Source of the DNA: Candidatus Multivoradales bacterium
GTDB taxonomy: Bacteria > Acidobacteriota > Thermoanaerobaculia > Multivoradales > JAHEKO01
Reading direction: 5' to 3'
Assembly (NCBI GenBank): GCA_965223855.1
Contig: CBDCXM010000009.1
Location: forward strand, 1,120,001 to 1,184,000
DNA length: 64,000 nucleotides
Below the pieces are notes generated by a model. The model did no database searches and was not told the origin of the DNA. It saw only the letters and a list, made by a program, of their open reading frames with translations. The translations under genes and the position numbers were made by a program. How positions within the stretch are numbered: position 1 is the stretch's first letter; every line of letters begins with the position of its first letter. This document shows positions 18,666 through 28,794 of the stretch, piece after piece.

Positions 18666-19285
18666 CCCTTCCTCCTCGAGAGGCGCTGCGGCGGCTGCGA
18701 GACGGCCATCGCCGCTATCTCGCCGGCAGCCCCCGCGCGCGGGACCACGGCGCCGACCGTGAGGCGTTGACCGGGCGGCAGCAGCCGTTCGCGGTCGTCC
18801 TCGGCTGCTCCGACTCACGGGTGCCTCCCGAGGTGATCTTCGACCAGGCGCTGGGGGATCTGTTCGTCGTCCGAGTGGCCGGCAACGTCGCTGGCGCTTC
18901 GCAAGTGGCGAGCATCGAGTTCGCCGTCGAAGCGCTGGGCGCCCGACTCATTGTCGTTCTCGGTCACCAATCCTGCGGCGCGGTCATGGCGGCGCTGGCG
19001 AGCCGCGACGAGGCAGGTTCCACCTCGCCCTCGATGGCGGAGCTGCTCGCTGAGATCCGGCCCGCTCTGGGCGGGATCGGAGGCGACTCGGCGGCAGAGG
19101 TCGAGGCGGCAGTGGAGGCCAACGTCTCGGCTGCCTCGCAGCGGTTGCTGGAGCGCTCCGACTCGCTGACCCGGCTGAAAGGGGAGGGGCGGATCGAGGT
19201 CGTCGAGGCGGTCTACTCCCTGGAGGACGGTGCGGTCTCCGGCCTGAACGCCGCAGGGCCCGGAGATTCGAAGCTGGAGATCTGA
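18662..19285 (+). CDS. Beta-class carbonic anhydrase
   Basis: QQPFAVVLGCSDSRVPPE, GDLFVVRVAGN, GHQSCGAV; GTG start overlaps the DinB stop. Confidence 0.95.
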   Translation: MTLPPREALRRLRDGHRRYLAGSPRARDHGADREALTGRQQPFAVVLGCSDSRVPPEVIFDQALGDLFVVRVAGNVAGASQVASIEFAVEALGARLIVVLGHQSCGAVMAALASRDEAGSTSPSMAELLAEIRPALGGIGGDSAAEVEAAVEANVSAASQRLLERSDSLTRLKGEGRIEVVEAVYSLEDGAVSGLNAAGPGDSKLEI

Positions 19286-19650
19286 TGGGAGGGCTCCTTC
19301 TGGCCATCGTGCTCCTGGTGCTCGTCGGCGTCGCCCACTCCTACCTCGGCGAGCGCTACATCCTGATCCGGCTGTTCCGCCGGCCTCTGCCGAAACTCTT
19401 CGGTGGCGATGCGTTCACCCGGAAGACGCTTCGGTTCGCCTGGCACCTGACGACGGTGGCGTGGTGGGGACTGGCCGCCCTGATCTGGATCCTCGGAAGG
19501 AGTGAAGAGGGCGCGGCGGGGCTGTGGGTCATCGCCGGCGTGTTCGCGATGCACGGGCTGGTGGCGCTGGTGGCGAGCCGCGGGCGGCACCTCTCGTGGA
19601 TCCCGTTCTTCGCCGTAGCCGTGCTGTGCGCACGAGCGGCAGCCGCATGA
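19285..19650 (+). CDS. Small 4-TM membrane protein
   Basis: HSYLGERYIL, LRFAWH, SRGRHLSW; translationally coupled on both sides. Confidence 0.75.
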   Translation: MGGLLLAIVLLVLVGVAHSYLGERYILIRLFRRPLPKLFGGDAFTRKTLRFAWHLTTVAWWGLAALIWILGRSEEGAAGLWVIAGVFAMHGLVALVASRGRHLSWIPFFAVAVLCARAAAA

Positions 19651-20198
19651 GCCGGCGGATCGCTCTGCTCAGAGGAGTGAACGTCGGCGGGTACAACCGC
19701 CTGGCGATGGAGCAGTTCCGGCTGCTCCTCGCAGAGCTCGGAGCCGAGCGGGTCTCGACCTGGATCCAGAGCGGCAACGCCGTCTACGACGCTCCCGAAG
19801 AGTCCGGGGCCGCCGACCCGGAGACGATCTCGCACGTGCTCGAACGTCGAGCCGGAGTGCGCTCGCCGGTGGTCCTCCGGACGGCGGCGGAACTCGAGAC
19901 GGCACTCCGCGATTGGCCGTGGCCGGAGGCCGAGCCGAACGAGCGCTCGGTGATGTTTCTCGCTTCGCAGCCCGACCCGGAGCGAGTTGCCGCCCTCGAT
20001 CCGCAGCGCTCTCCGCCGGACCGATTCGAGGTTCTCGGTCGCGAGATCTACCTGCGGTTCCCCGACGGGATCGCCCGCTCGAAGCTCACCAACGCCTGGT
20101 TCGACCGGCAGCTCGACACGGTTTCGACGAGCCGCAACTGGCGCACGCTGACGAAGCTGCTGGAGCTCGCGAGGTCGGGAGCGGAGGTCGCCGGGTGA
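19647..20198 (+). CDS. DUF1697 family protein
   Basis: IALLRGVNVGG, T.IQSGN, TSRNWRT. Confidence 0.92.
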   Translation: MSRRIALLRGVNVGGYNRLAMEQFRLLLAELGAERVSTWIQSGNAVYDAPEESGAADPETISHVLERRAGVRSPVVLRTAAELETALRDWPWPEAEPNERSVMFLASQPDPERVAALDPQRSPPDRFEVLGREIYLRFPDGIARSKLTNAWFDRQLDTVSTSRNWRTLTKLLELARSGAEVAG

Positions 20199-21079
20199 GC
20201 GAGCGCCGGCGCTGCGCGTTCCTGACGATGGCCGACCGGGGCGACTACGTCATCGATGACGACCGGGTCGCCGCGCCGCTCGCCGAACTCGGCTGGGATC
20301 TGGAGGAGCGGGCGTGGGACGATCCTTCGGTTGATTGGGCGAGCTACGCGATCATCGTCGTCCGCTCCACCTGGGACTACCACGAGCGCCGAGACGAATT
20401 CCTGCGGTCGATGGAGGCGCTCGAGCGCGGCGGCGCGGTGCTGGAGAACCGGTTGGCGACGCTGAGGTGGAACGCCGACAAGCGCTATCTGCGCGAGCTC
20501 GACCGCGCCGGAGTCGGAGTGGTCCCGTCGGTGTGGGCGGAGCGGTTGGAGCGGGGAGGGGTCGGGCGTCTTCTCGACGGACTGGGCTCGGAGGAGATCG
20601 TCCTCAAGCCGCAGGTCGGGGCGAGCGCCAGCGGCGTCTATCGGCTCCGAGCGGGCTCGCCCCTCGTCGAGGAGGCGGAGCGCTACTTCGCCGACCGGGC
20701 GCTGGTCGCCCAACCGTTCGTCGAGACGGTGATCGACTCGGGGGAGCTCTCGCTCGTCTTCTTCGCCGGACGCTTCTCCCATGCGCTCTCGAAGCTTCCT
20801 GCGCGCGGCGATTTCCGAGTGCAGGAGGAGCTCGGGGGCCGGATCGCCGGGGTCGAGCCGCCGAAGGCCGCCGTGAAAGCAGCGCACGAAGTGCTGGACC
20901 GGCTCGACGACAGCCCCCTCTACGCGCGCGTCGACGTCGTGCCCTCACCCGACGGTGGTTGGTGGCTGATGGAGCTCGAGCTCATCGAGCCGTCGCTCTA
21001 CCTGCGCACCGACGCCGAGGCGCCGCGACGCTTTGCTCACGCGATCGTCGAGCGTGCGGCGAGTAGGATCGGCCGATGA
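20195..21079 (+). CDS. ATP-grasp ligase (RimK/glutathione synthetase-like)
   Basis: [51 protein letters not shown]. Confidence 0.88.
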   Translation: MSERRRCAFLTMADRGDYVIDDDRVAAPLAELGWDLEERAWDDPSVDWASYAIIVVRSTWDYHERRDEFLRSMEALERGGAVLENRLATLRWNADKRYLRELDRAGVGVVPSVWAERLERGGVGRLLDGLGSEEIVLKPQVGASASGVYRLRAGSPLVEEAERYFADRALVAQPFVETVIDSGELSLVFFAGRFSHALSKLPARGDFRVQEELGGRIAGVEPPKAAVKAAHEVLDRLDDSPLYARVDVVPSPDGGWWLMELELIEPSLYLRTDAEAPRRFAHAIVERAASRIGR

Positions 21080-21414
21080 GCACTCTGACGTGGGAGGAGT
21101 TCGAGGCTGTCGAGCTGCGGGTCGGCACCATCGTCGCGGTGGAGGAGTTTCCGGAGGCGCGCAAGCCGGCGTACAAGCTGACGGTCGATTTCGGCGACGA
21201 CGTCGGGCTGCGGAGGTCGAGCGCGCAGATCACCGACCTCTACACCCCGGAGGAACTCGTCGGGCGGCAGGTCGTAGGCGTCGTCAACTTCCCGCCCAAG
21301 CAGATCGGACCGTTCCGCTCCGAGGCGCTCGTCACCGGCTTCTATCGGCCCGACGGCGCGGTGGTGCTGGCGCAGCCGGAGCGTGAAGTCCCCAACGGAA
21401 GCCGGCTCGCCTAG
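21076..21414 (+). CDS. csaA: CsaA tRNA-binding/chaperone protein
   Basis: RVGTI...[37 protein letters not shown]. Confidence 0.93.
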   Translation: MSTLTWEEFEAVELRVGTIVAVEEFPEARKPAYKLTVDFGDDVGLRRSSAQITDLYTPEELVGRQVVGVVNFPPKQIGPFRSEALVTGFYRPDGAVVLAQPEREVPNGSRLA

Positions 21415-21417
21415 CCC

Positions 21418-22092
21418 GTGCTGACCGTCTCCCCCGAGATCCCCGAACGCTTCCCCGGCGTGCTGGTGGGGACGATCGTTCTCGACGGCATCGACAACTC
21501 GGGCACCCTGGCGGACGCAGGGCAGCGACTCGAGAGCGCCGCGGCTGCGGCACGCGCGGCGCTGGCCGGCCCGCTCGTGGAGCACCCGAGGATCGCGCCG
21601 TGGCGCGACGCCTATCGCGCCTTCGGCGCCAAGCCGAAGAAGTACCCCTCGTCGATCGAGGCGCTCTGCCGGCGGGCCCTCAAGGGGGAGGCGCCTCCGA
21701 GCATCAGCCCACTGGTCGATCTCTACAACGAGGTGTCGCTGCGTCACCTCCTTCCCGTCGGAGGGGAGGATCTCGAATCTCTGCAAGGTCCGCTGCAACT
21801 CAGGTTCGCCGGCGAAGGCGAGCCGGAAGTCGAGCTCCTGGGTCGGCCCGCTCCCCAGGCGCCGGAGCCGGGTGAGGTGATCTACGCCGACGACGTCGGT
21901 GCGGTCTGCCGGCGCTGGAACTGGCGAGAGGCGGCGCGCACCTGTCTCACCGCCGGGACGCGGCGCGCGATCCTCGTCATCGAGTCGCTGCCGCCGGTCT
22001 CGCGCGCCGAGCTCGAGGCGGCGCTCGGCGAACTGAGAGACCACGTGGTCGAAACGTGCGGCGGCACGGCCGAGCTCGAGGTCCACGGCTGA
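21418..22092 (+). CDS. Stand-alone B3/B4 (PheRS-beta editing-like) domain protein
   Basis: WRDAYRAFG.KP..YPSSIEAL, LVDLYN, GGEDL, GEVIYAD, CRRWNWRE. Confidence 0.9.
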   Translation: MLTVSPEIPERFPGVLVGTIVLDGIDNSGTLADAGQRLESAAAAARAALAGPLVEHPRIAPWRDAYRAFGAKPKKYPSSIEALCRRALKGEAPPSISPLVDLYNEVSLRHLLPVGGEDLESLQGPLQLRFAGEGEPEVELLGRPAPQAPEPGEVIYADDVGAVCRRWNWREAARTCLTAGTRRAILVIESLPPVSRAELEAALGELRDHVVETCGGTAELEVHG

Positions 22093-22123
22093 GGGTGGCG
22101 CTGCCTACCGAGGAGGGGTTGCG

Positions 22124-25100
22124 ATGAGGAAGACGAGATGGAGGGGGCTGGTGCTGGTCCTCGGAACATTCTGCGCTGCGACGGTGAGCGCCGGGATCGA
22201 AGACAAGCTCGACCGCGCCCTCGAGTATCGGCAGGTCGGCCCCTACCGCGGCGGCCGCTCGACCGCCGTCAGCGGCGTGCGCGGCGAGCCGTTCACTTTC
22301 TACATGGGGACCAGCGGCGGCGGGGTATGGAAGACGACCAACGCCGGCACCTCGTGGTTCAACATCTCCGACGCCGACTTCGGTGCCGCGTCGATCGGCG
22401 CGGTCGTCGTGGCCCCCTCGGACCCGAACGTCGTCTACGTCGGCACCGGCTCCGGTTGTCCGCGAGGCAACGTCATGAACGGCGACGGCGTCTACCGCTC
22501 CACCGACGCCGGCTCGACCTGGCAGCACGTCGGCCTCGCCGCCGCCGGCCTCATCCCGCGTATGGTCGTCGATCCACGCGATGCCGATGTCGTCTACGCC
22601 GCGGTGCTGGGAGACATCTTCGAGCCCTCGCCCGAGCGCGGCGTCTACCGCTCGCGCGACGGCGGCGCCTCCTGGGAGGCGGTGCTCCAGGTGTCCGAGC
22701 GCACCGGCGCGGTCGATCTGGTGATCGATCCGGCCAATCCGAGGGTGCTCTACGCGGCGATGTGGACCGCTGAGCGCAAGCCCTGGACGCTCGTCGACGG
22801 CTCCGACGAAGGTGGGGTGTGGAAGTCGATCGACGGTGGTGACACCTGGAGTCGACTCGAGGGGGGGCTGCCCGGCGGCACCCTCGGCCGGATCGGGCTC
22901 GCGCTGTCTCCGGCGCGGCCGCAGCGGATCTGGGCGCAGGTCACGACTCCCGACGACTCCGGAGGCCTGTTCCGCTCCGACGACGCCGGTAAGAGCTGGA
23001 AGCGGGTCAACGCAGAGCGCAAGATCCAGGTGCGCGCCTGGTACTACGCCCATCTCGAGGCCGACCCGGTCGATCCCGACACCGTCTACTCGCTCGGACT
23101 GCGCTTCTGGCGCTCGGTCGATGGAGGGGCGAGCTTCGAGCGCATCTCGACACCACACGGCGACAACCACGCGATGTGGATCAACCCGGACGACCCGCGC
23201 ATCCTGATCGAGGCCAACGACGGCGGTGCCGCGGTGTCGCTCGACCACGGCGCGAGCTGGTCGTCGCTCTACAACCAGCCGACCGCGGAGATCTACCGGC
23301 TGACCGTCGACGATGGGTTCCCGTATCGGCTCTACGGCGCCCAGCAGGACAACACCTCGATCAGCGTGCCGGCCTGGAGCGCCGGCGGTCTGTCGCCGAA
23401 GCAGGAGTGGTGGCGCGCCGGTGGCGGCGAGAGCGGCGACATCGCCCTCCACCCCGAGCGGCCCGACGTCGTCTACAGCGGCAACTACATCGGCCTGATC
23501 GAGCGCTGGGATCGCCGCACCGACGAGCGGCGCTCGATCATGGTGTACCCCGAGCTCGCCGACGGCGTGCCGCCGAGGGATCTGACCTACCGGTTCCAGT
23601 GGAATGCGCCGATCCGAGTCTCGCCTCACGATCCCGACACGCTCTACCAGGCTTCGCATCGGCTCCATCGTTCGAGAGACGGCGGGCAGACCTGGGAGAC
23701 GATCTCGGACGACCTGACCCATGACGACGAGACCAAGCAGGAGCTCCCCGGCGGTCCGGTGCAACACGACGACACCGGGGTAGAGGTCTACGGCACGATC
23801 TTCGCCTTCGAGGAGTCGCCGCACGAGCGCGGCCTCCTGTGGGCCGGCAGCGACGACGGGCGGCTTCATCTCTCACGCGACGACGGGGCAACCTGGCAGG
23901 AGATCACCCCGCCCGGGCTCGCCGTCGACTCGACGATCAACATGATCGAGCTCTCGACGCACGACGCCGGCCGCGCGTTCCTCGCCATCCACCGCTACCG
24001 GTCGGGAGACGACCGTCCGTACCTCCTGCGGACCGACGACTACGGAGCCACCTGGACCTCGCTCGCATCGGGGTTGCCGGCGGACGAGCCGGTGCGGGTG
24101 GTACGCGAGGATCCCGCAGTGCGGGGCCTCCTCTATGCCGGTACGGAGAAGGGGGTGCGGATCTCGTGGGACGACGGCGCTTCGTGGCAGCCGCTCGACC
24201 TCAACCTGCCGCGGGTCCAGGTCTCCGACCTCGCCGTCCGGCACGGCGATCTCCAACTCGCGACCCACGGGCGCTCCTTCTGGGTGCTCGACCAGATCGC
24301 GCCGCTGCGCCAGATGACCGAGGCGATCGCCGAGGCCGATCTGCATCTCTTCTCCCTGCCGCCGGCGCCGCGAGTCCGTGCCGCCGGCCGCTTCGGCGAG
24401 GATCCCCAGCCTGACGCGCGCGGTACCGGAGCGCGGATCGACTTCTGGATCGGCGAGGCCGCACTCGAAGACCTGCCGGAGGACGAGACCGTGGGCCGAC
24501 TGACGATCCGCGACCGCGACGGCGAGGTGGTGCGGAGCTACGACCTGGCGCTCGACGCCGAGGTCGAGTCGGAGGACGAGCTCGAGGTGGAGGTCGTCGC
24601 CGCCGGCCTCAACCGGCTCGTCTGGGACTTCGAGAGCGCCGAGCCGGAGCTCCTCGACGACGCGGTGATGTCCCTCGGCTACACCGGAGGGCTGCCGATG
24701 CCGCCTGACCGCTACGGCGTAGAGGTCTCGATCGGCGAGTCGTCCGTCCTCGGCTTTCTCGAGGTCGCGCCCGATCCGCGGCTCTCTCATGCGGCCGGCG
24801 ACTACGAGGCCGGCTACCAGCTCGCCCGTGCCGCGCGCGACCGCATGGTGGAGGTGCACACCGTGCTCGAGCGCCTGCGCTCGGTACGTGAGCAGCTCGA
24901 ATCGATCGAGTCGCGGCTCGAGGAGGCGGGGCGCGAGACGTCGATCGGTGAGGATGCCGCGGCACTCTATGAAGCGTTCGGTCTTCTCGAGGACGAGCTG
25001 ATCCAGAAGCGCAACGAAGCGCCGCAGGATCCGCTCAACTTCCCGCCGCGCCTCGACAACCAGTACTCGTTCCTCTACGGCGAGCTGGCGTTCGCCTCCG

Positions 25101-25258
25101 GCCGCCCCAACAGCGGCGCCTACCAGCGGATGGAGGATCTCGACCGCGAGTGGGAGCCGCTCAAGCGGCGCTGGCAGGAGCTGCTCGACAACGACCTCGC
25201 AGCGATCCTCTCGCAGCTCGAAGCCGAAGAGCTTCCGGCGATCCTGGTTCCCGAGTAG
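22124..25258 (+). CDS. Secreted BNR/sortilin (VPS10-like) beta-propeller protein
   Basis: GPYRGGR, many S.DGG.TW Asp-box repeats, HGDNH, GAQQDN, ATHGRSFW, C-terminal coiled coil. Confidence 0.9.
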   Translation: MRKTRWRGLVLVLGTFCAATVSAGIEDKLDRALEYRQVGPYRGGRSTAVSGVRGEPFTFYMGTSGGGVWKTTNAGTSWFNISDADFGAASIGAVVVAPSDPNVVYVGTGSGCPRGNVMNGDGVYRSTDAGSTWQHVGLAAAGLIPRMVVDPRDADVVYAAVLGDIFEPSPERGVYRSRDGGASWEAVLQVSERTGAVDLVIDPANPRVLYAAMWTAERKPWTLVDGSDEGGVWKSIDGGDTWSRLEGGLPGGTLGRIGLALSPARPQRIWAQVTTPDDSGGLFRSDDAGKSWKRVNAERKIQVRAWYYAHLEADPVDPDTVYSLGLRFWRSVDGGASFERISTPHGDNHAMWINPDDPRILIEANDGGAAVSLDHGASWSSLYNQPTAEIYRLTVDDGFPYRLYGAQQDNTSISVPAWSAGGLSPKQEWWRAGGGESGDIALHPERPDVVYSGNYIGLIERWDRRTDERRSIMVYPELADGVPPRDLTYRFQWNAPIRVSPHDPDTLYQASHRLHRSRDGGQTWETISDDLTHDDETKQELPGGPVQHDDTGVEVYGTIFAFEESPHERGLLWAGSDDGRLHLSRDDGATWQEITPPGLAVDSTINMIELSTHDAGRAFLAIHRYRSGDDRPYLLRTDDYGATWTSLASGLPADEPVRVVREDPAVRGLLYAGTEKGVRISWDDGASWQPLDLNLPRVQVSDLAVRHGDLQLATHGRSFWVLDQIAPLRQMTEAIAEADLHLFSLPPAPRVRAAGRFGEDPQPDARGTGARIDFWIGEAALEDLPEDETVGRLTIRDRDGEVVRSYDLALDAEVESEDELEVEVVAAGLNRLVWDFESAEPELLDDAVMSLGYTGGLPMPPDRYGVEVSIGESSVLGFLEVAPDPRLSHAAGDYEAGYQLARAARDRMVEVHTVLERLRSVREQLESIESRLEEAGRETSIGEDAAALYEAFGLLEDELIQKRNEAPQDPLNFPPRLDNQYSFLYGELAFASGRPNSGAYQRMEDLDREWEPLKRRWQELLDNDLAAILSQLEAEELPAILVPE

Positions 25259-25291
25259 CCGCCTTCGCGGTCGGCTCGGAGACCGCCCCGG

Positions 25292-25792
25292 TTACTTCGG
25301 CGCGAGGCGCTTCTCGAACCAGGAATCGCCGTACGGCTCGTCGTTGAACCGCTCGATTTCTCGGTAGCCGGCCGAAACGTAGAGCGCCTGCGCTTCGGGG
25401 AGGGCGCGGTTGGTCTCGAGTCGCACGACGTCGAATCCGAGCTCCACCGCCCGGTCTTCCAACGCCTCGAGCAGCCGGCGACCGAGGCCGAGGCCGCGGG
25501 CGTCCTCGGCCACCCACATCCGCTTGAGGTAGCCGACGCGGGGCTCGAGTGTCTTCAGGCACCCGCAGCCGATCGGGTCGCCGTCGCGGCCGGCGACCAG
25601 GAAGACTCCCCGCGGCGGCACGAGCTCCTCGTCGAGGAGCGGCAGGGCGCGGGAGAGGTCGAATCCTCCTTCGAATCGGACGGCGAGCTCGGCGTAGTAC
25701 TGGCCGAGGCACCAGCGGGCTGCCGGGTCGCTCGGCGCCACCTCACGGATCTCGATCTCCATCGCACTCGAAGATGAGTCGACCTTGCGCAT
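25292..25792 (-). CDS. GNAT acetyltransferase (alternative start 25762)
   Basis: LKRMWV...ARGLGLGRRLL, LETNRAL.EAQALY...GY, FEKRL. Confidence 0.9.
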   Translation of the reverse strand: MRKVDSSSSAMEIEIREVAPSDPAARWCLGQYYAELAVRFEGGFDLSRALPLLDEELVPPRGVFLVAGRDGDPIGCGCLKTLEPRVGYLKRMWVAEDARGLGLGRRLLEALEDRAVELGFDVVRLETNRALPEAQALYVSAGYREIERFNDEPYGDSWFEKRLAPK

Positions 25793-25799
25793 CGGCCGG

Positions 25800-26282
25800 C
25801 TAGATCCAGCGCCGGACGCGGTCTTGATACTCGCGGTACGGGTCGCCGAAGCGCTCGGTGAGGTAGGCCTCTTCGTGACGGATCGCCCAGCGATACGCCA
25901 GCCACATCGACAGCGGCAGCAGCACCCACCACCACCCCTGGCTCTTCCAGCAGGCGGCGGCCGCCTGGAGGAGCGCCATACCGAGGTACATCGGGTTGCG
26001 GCTCACCCGGTAGAGGCCGCGCTCGACGACGCTCGGCGTCGGCTTCCACGGCTCCGGGTTCTGCCCGCTGCCGACGAGCTGGCCGAGCGATCCGAGGAGA
26101 AAGACCGCGCCCGCCGCGAGGAGTGCGAAACCGACGATCGCCGTCCACGGCTCCCCGAGGTCGAGCGGCATCCGCCGGACGAAGCGATCGAGCAGGTAGC
26201 CGATCAGCATGACGACGGCGAAAATCGCCGGTGGCGGGAAGCGGACCCGGGCGGCCGTCTGCTGCGAACTCTCCGTGCTCAT
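25800..26282 (-). CDS. Isoprenylcysteine carboxyl methyltransferase/PEMT family membrane protein
   Basis: RFPPP, GLYRVSRNPMYLG, EEAYL..RFG..Y..Y...VRRWI. Confidence 0.92.
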   Translation of the reverse strand: MSTESSQQTAARVRFPPPAIFAVVMLIGYLLDRFVRRMPLDLGEPWTAIVGFALLAAGAVFLLGSLGQLVGSGQNPEPWKPTPSVVERGLYRVSRNPMYLGMALLQAAAACWKSQGWWWVLLPLSMWLAYRWAIRHEEAYLTERFGDPYREYQDRVRRWI

Positions 26283-27040
26283 GACGGTTGCGCGCGATCC
26301 TGCCAGTCGAGGTGATCGATCTTCCAGCTTCGCGCCCAGTAGATGAACGGCGTGTCGAGCACCGCGACGATCAGCTTGAAGACGTACTTGGCGGCTGCCA
26401 GTTGAATCGCTGTCCGCAGGTCGAGCACCGCCCACCACACCACCGCCGAGTAGATCGCCGTATCGATCGCCTGCGAGACGGCGGTCGACAGCGTGTTGCG
26501 CAGCCACAGATGGCGCCCCTCGGTGCGCTCCCTGATCCAGTGGAAGAACCAGACGTCATGGCTCTGACTGATCAGATACGCCAGCAGCGACCCGAAGACG
26601 AAGCGCGGGGTGTAGCCGAACAGGAACTCGAGAGCCGCGTGCGCCTGCACCGCGAGGGCGTTGGCCTGCGGGCTCGCCTCGGTGGGGCGGAAGAGCAGGC
26701 TCAGCGCCATGAAGAGCACCACCACGACGCTGACGCAGAAGCCGATCCGCACCGCCCGGTTCGCCTCGCGCTTGCCGTAGCGCTCGCTGAGCAGATCGGT
26801 GGCGAAGTAGATCCCCGAGTAGAGGATCACCCCGAGGCTCGTCGGCAGGCCGAACACCGTCGTCAGCTTCGGCCCCTGGAGGTTGCACAGCAGGACGTTG
26901 AGGCAGATGACGGCGTAGAGGCCCTGGCGGCCGAACAGCCGGTACATCACCAGCGTCAGCGACAGGTCGAGTGCGACCGTCAGCACCCACAGAGCGCTCT
27001 GGTGCTCGCCCCAGAACCGCGCGATCGCTTCGGGCAGCAT
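26279..27040 (-). CDS. Queuosine precursor transporter (YhhQ/VUT family)
   Basis: TDLLSERYGK..A, PRFVFGSLLAYLISQ..DV, WLRN..ST..SQ.IDT, LDTPFIY. Confidence 0.92.
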   Translation of the reverse strand: MLPEAIARFWGEHQSALWVLTVALDLSLTLVMYRLFGRQGLYAVICLNVLLCNLQGPKLTTVFGLPTSLGVILYSGIYFATDLLSERYGKREANRAVRIGFCVSVVVVLFMALSLLFRPTEASPQANALAVQAHAALEFLFGYTPRFVFGSLLAYLISQSHDVWFFHWIRERTEGRHLWLRNTLSTAVSQAIDTAIYSAVVWWAVLDLRTAIQLAAAKYVFKLIVAVLDTPFIYWARSWKIDHLDWQDRAQPS

Positions 27041-27099
27041 CTGCGGTGATCGGAAGACGGCGACCGGAAAGACTCAGCGCGATGCCGGAGGCGTCGCTC

Positions 27100-27396
27100 T
27101 CAGTCGGGGTCGGAGTTGATCAGCTCCTGTGCCTCCGCCCAGTCGAAGGCGCGCAGGGTCGTCGTGCGGACGTTGCCGCCGGCGCCGAGCCGCAGCAGCA
27201 CGGCTGCCGCCGCCTCCTCGCTAGGGGCCTCCATGATGAAGACGCCGTCGTGGCTGCCGATCGTCCAGAACTGGTGCTGGATCGTCACGCCGGAGCGCTC
27301 GGCGTACTGGTTGAACGCGTCGGCGCGTTGCGGAGAATCGCGCAGGTTGCGGATCCCCTGATCGGTGTAGTCGAGGAGCACGATGAAAGTCGCCAT
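27100..27396 (-). CDS. GYD-domain protein
   Basis: YTDQGIRN...SP.R, WTIGSHD, GNVRTTTLRAF. Confidence 0.9.
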   Translation of the reverse strand: MATFIVLLDYTDQGIRNLRDSPQRADAFNQYAERSGVTIQHQFWTIGSHDGVFIMEAPSEEAAAAVLLRLGAGGNVRTTTLRAFDWAEAQELINSDPD

Positions 27397-27434
27397 GATC
27401 GGGGATCTTACTCGGTGCCCTCAGGCTCTTTCCG

Positions 27435-27830
27435 TCAACCGCCGCGGGCGGCGAGGAAGCCCGCCGTCGCGGTGATCGCGGTGAGGAGCGTCCCCCACAG
27501 CATGTCGACGATGACCATTCTGAGCGGCCACCCCTCGAGTGTCGCGTAGTTGGTCAGGTCGTAGGCGCCGTAGGCGACCGCGCCGAGGACCGCGCCGTAG
27601 AAGGCGGCAGTCTTCCAAGTTCCTCCTGCGAGGGCCGGGTTGACCGCCAGCAGGACGATGCCGACGACGTAGACGAGATAGAAGACTCCCGCCGCGATCA
27701 TGTTCGGGCTCGACCGCAGCCGGTCGCCCAGGCAGTCGGCGTAGAAGCGCTTGGCGATCACCCCAAGCCACGTGCCGTCGAGAATCAGGAACGTGACGAA
27801 CGAGGCGAGGAACGCCCTCAGGTCCAGCAT
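27435..27830 (-). CDS. DUF2177 family membrane protein
   Basis: LDGTWLG..A..FY, AYGAYDLTNYATL..WP...VIVDMLWG. Confidence 0.9.
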   Translation of the reverse strand: MLDLRAFLASFVTFLILDGTWLGVIAKRFYADCLGDRLRSSPNMIAAGVFYLVYVVGIVLLAVNPALAGGTWKTAAFYGAVLGAVAYGAYDLTNYATLEGWPLRMVIVDMLWGTLLTAITATAGFLAARGG

Positions 27831-27919
27831 CTCGGTCCCCTCACGAATGTCGTGCGGATGCGTTACCACTCGGAACGGCGGGGAGGATACCGGATGAGCG
27901 GTGCGCTGTCTGTGAGACG

Positions 27920-27978
27920 CCGGTTTCGGGCCGGTCTTCCGGCCCGTTTCCCGGCCGGTTTCCCGGCCGGTTTCCCGG
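27920..27978. repeat. Five degenerate 12-bp tandem repeats (CCGGTTTCCCGG)
   Basis: ccggtttcggg / ccggtcttccgg / cccgtttcccgg / ccggtttcccgg / ccggtttcccgg in a divergent intergenic region. Confidence 0.85.
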
Positions 27979-28009
27979 GCTCCGCGGGAATCGAGTACTC
28001 TCCGCTCGC

Positions 28010-28576
28010 ATGACGAGCCGAGCGAACGCCCGCCCCGGCCTTTGGGGCATCCTCATCGCCCTTGCAGCGTTCGCCTGCGGCACCCGGGAGCCGCTGCCGA
28101 CGATCGCCCGCATCGACAGGCTCGAACTGGAACTTCCGACGGGGCAGACCCTCACCGCCGCCGACCTCGACGGCCGCGTGCACGTCGTCGATTTCATCTT
28201 CACCTCGTGCGAGATGGCGTGCCCGATGATGACGGCGCGGATGAGTGAGCTCCACAAGGCCTATGCCGGGGACGATCGGGTGAGGCTCCTGTCGGTCTCG
28301 ACCGATCCCGAGACCGACACCGCTGAAGTGCTGGCTGCCTATGCCGGCAAGTGGAACGCCGATCCCGAGCGCTGGCTCTTCGGCCGCGCGCCGGTGGAGG
28401 AGGTCGTGAGGCTGTCGGAGAAGGAGTTCCTGCTTTCGGCTCAGGGGCTGCCGATGGGGCACTCGCTCAAGTTCGCTCTCGTCGACGACCAGCGGCACAT
28501 CCGTGGCTACTACGACAGCGAGGATGCCGAGGATCTTCGACGGCTCCGGGTCGATCTCGAGAGATTGCTGGGATGA
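28010..28576 (+). CDS. SCO1/SenC copper chaperone lipoprotein
   Basis: AFAC lipobox-like, DFIFTSCEMACP (CxxxC), STDPETDT, HS..FALVD...IRGYY. Confidence 0.92.
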   Translation: MTSRANARPGLWGILIALAAFACGTREPLPTIARIDRLELELPTGQTLTAADLDGRVHVVDFIFTSCEMACPMMTARMSELHKAYAGDDRVRLLSVSTDPETDTAEVLAAYAGKWNADPERWLFGRAPVEEVVRLSEKEFLLSAQGLPMGHSLKFALVDDQRHIRGYYDSEDAEDLRRLRVDLERLLG

Positions 28577-28794
28577 GCAGAGGCCGCCTCGCCTGTTACC
28601 ATCGACAACCCTGAGGCATCGATCCCGTATCTCCGAGGTCATGCCCAGAGCGCCCGGCCCTCGTCGGGCGCCCCTGACGGTCTCCGCTCGGAGGCCACCA
28701 TCACCCCCCAAACGACGCGGCAGGTTCGATCGAGTCCAAGTCGTTCTCGCCTTCGAGGACCCCTCGGAGGCCTACCGAAGAGGAGAAGTGACGA

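Noticed and set aside
27041-27100. preQ1 riboswitch upstream of the YhhQ-like gene
   Set aside because: No AGAGGTTCTAG-type hairpin or A-rich tail in the short GC-rich gap.
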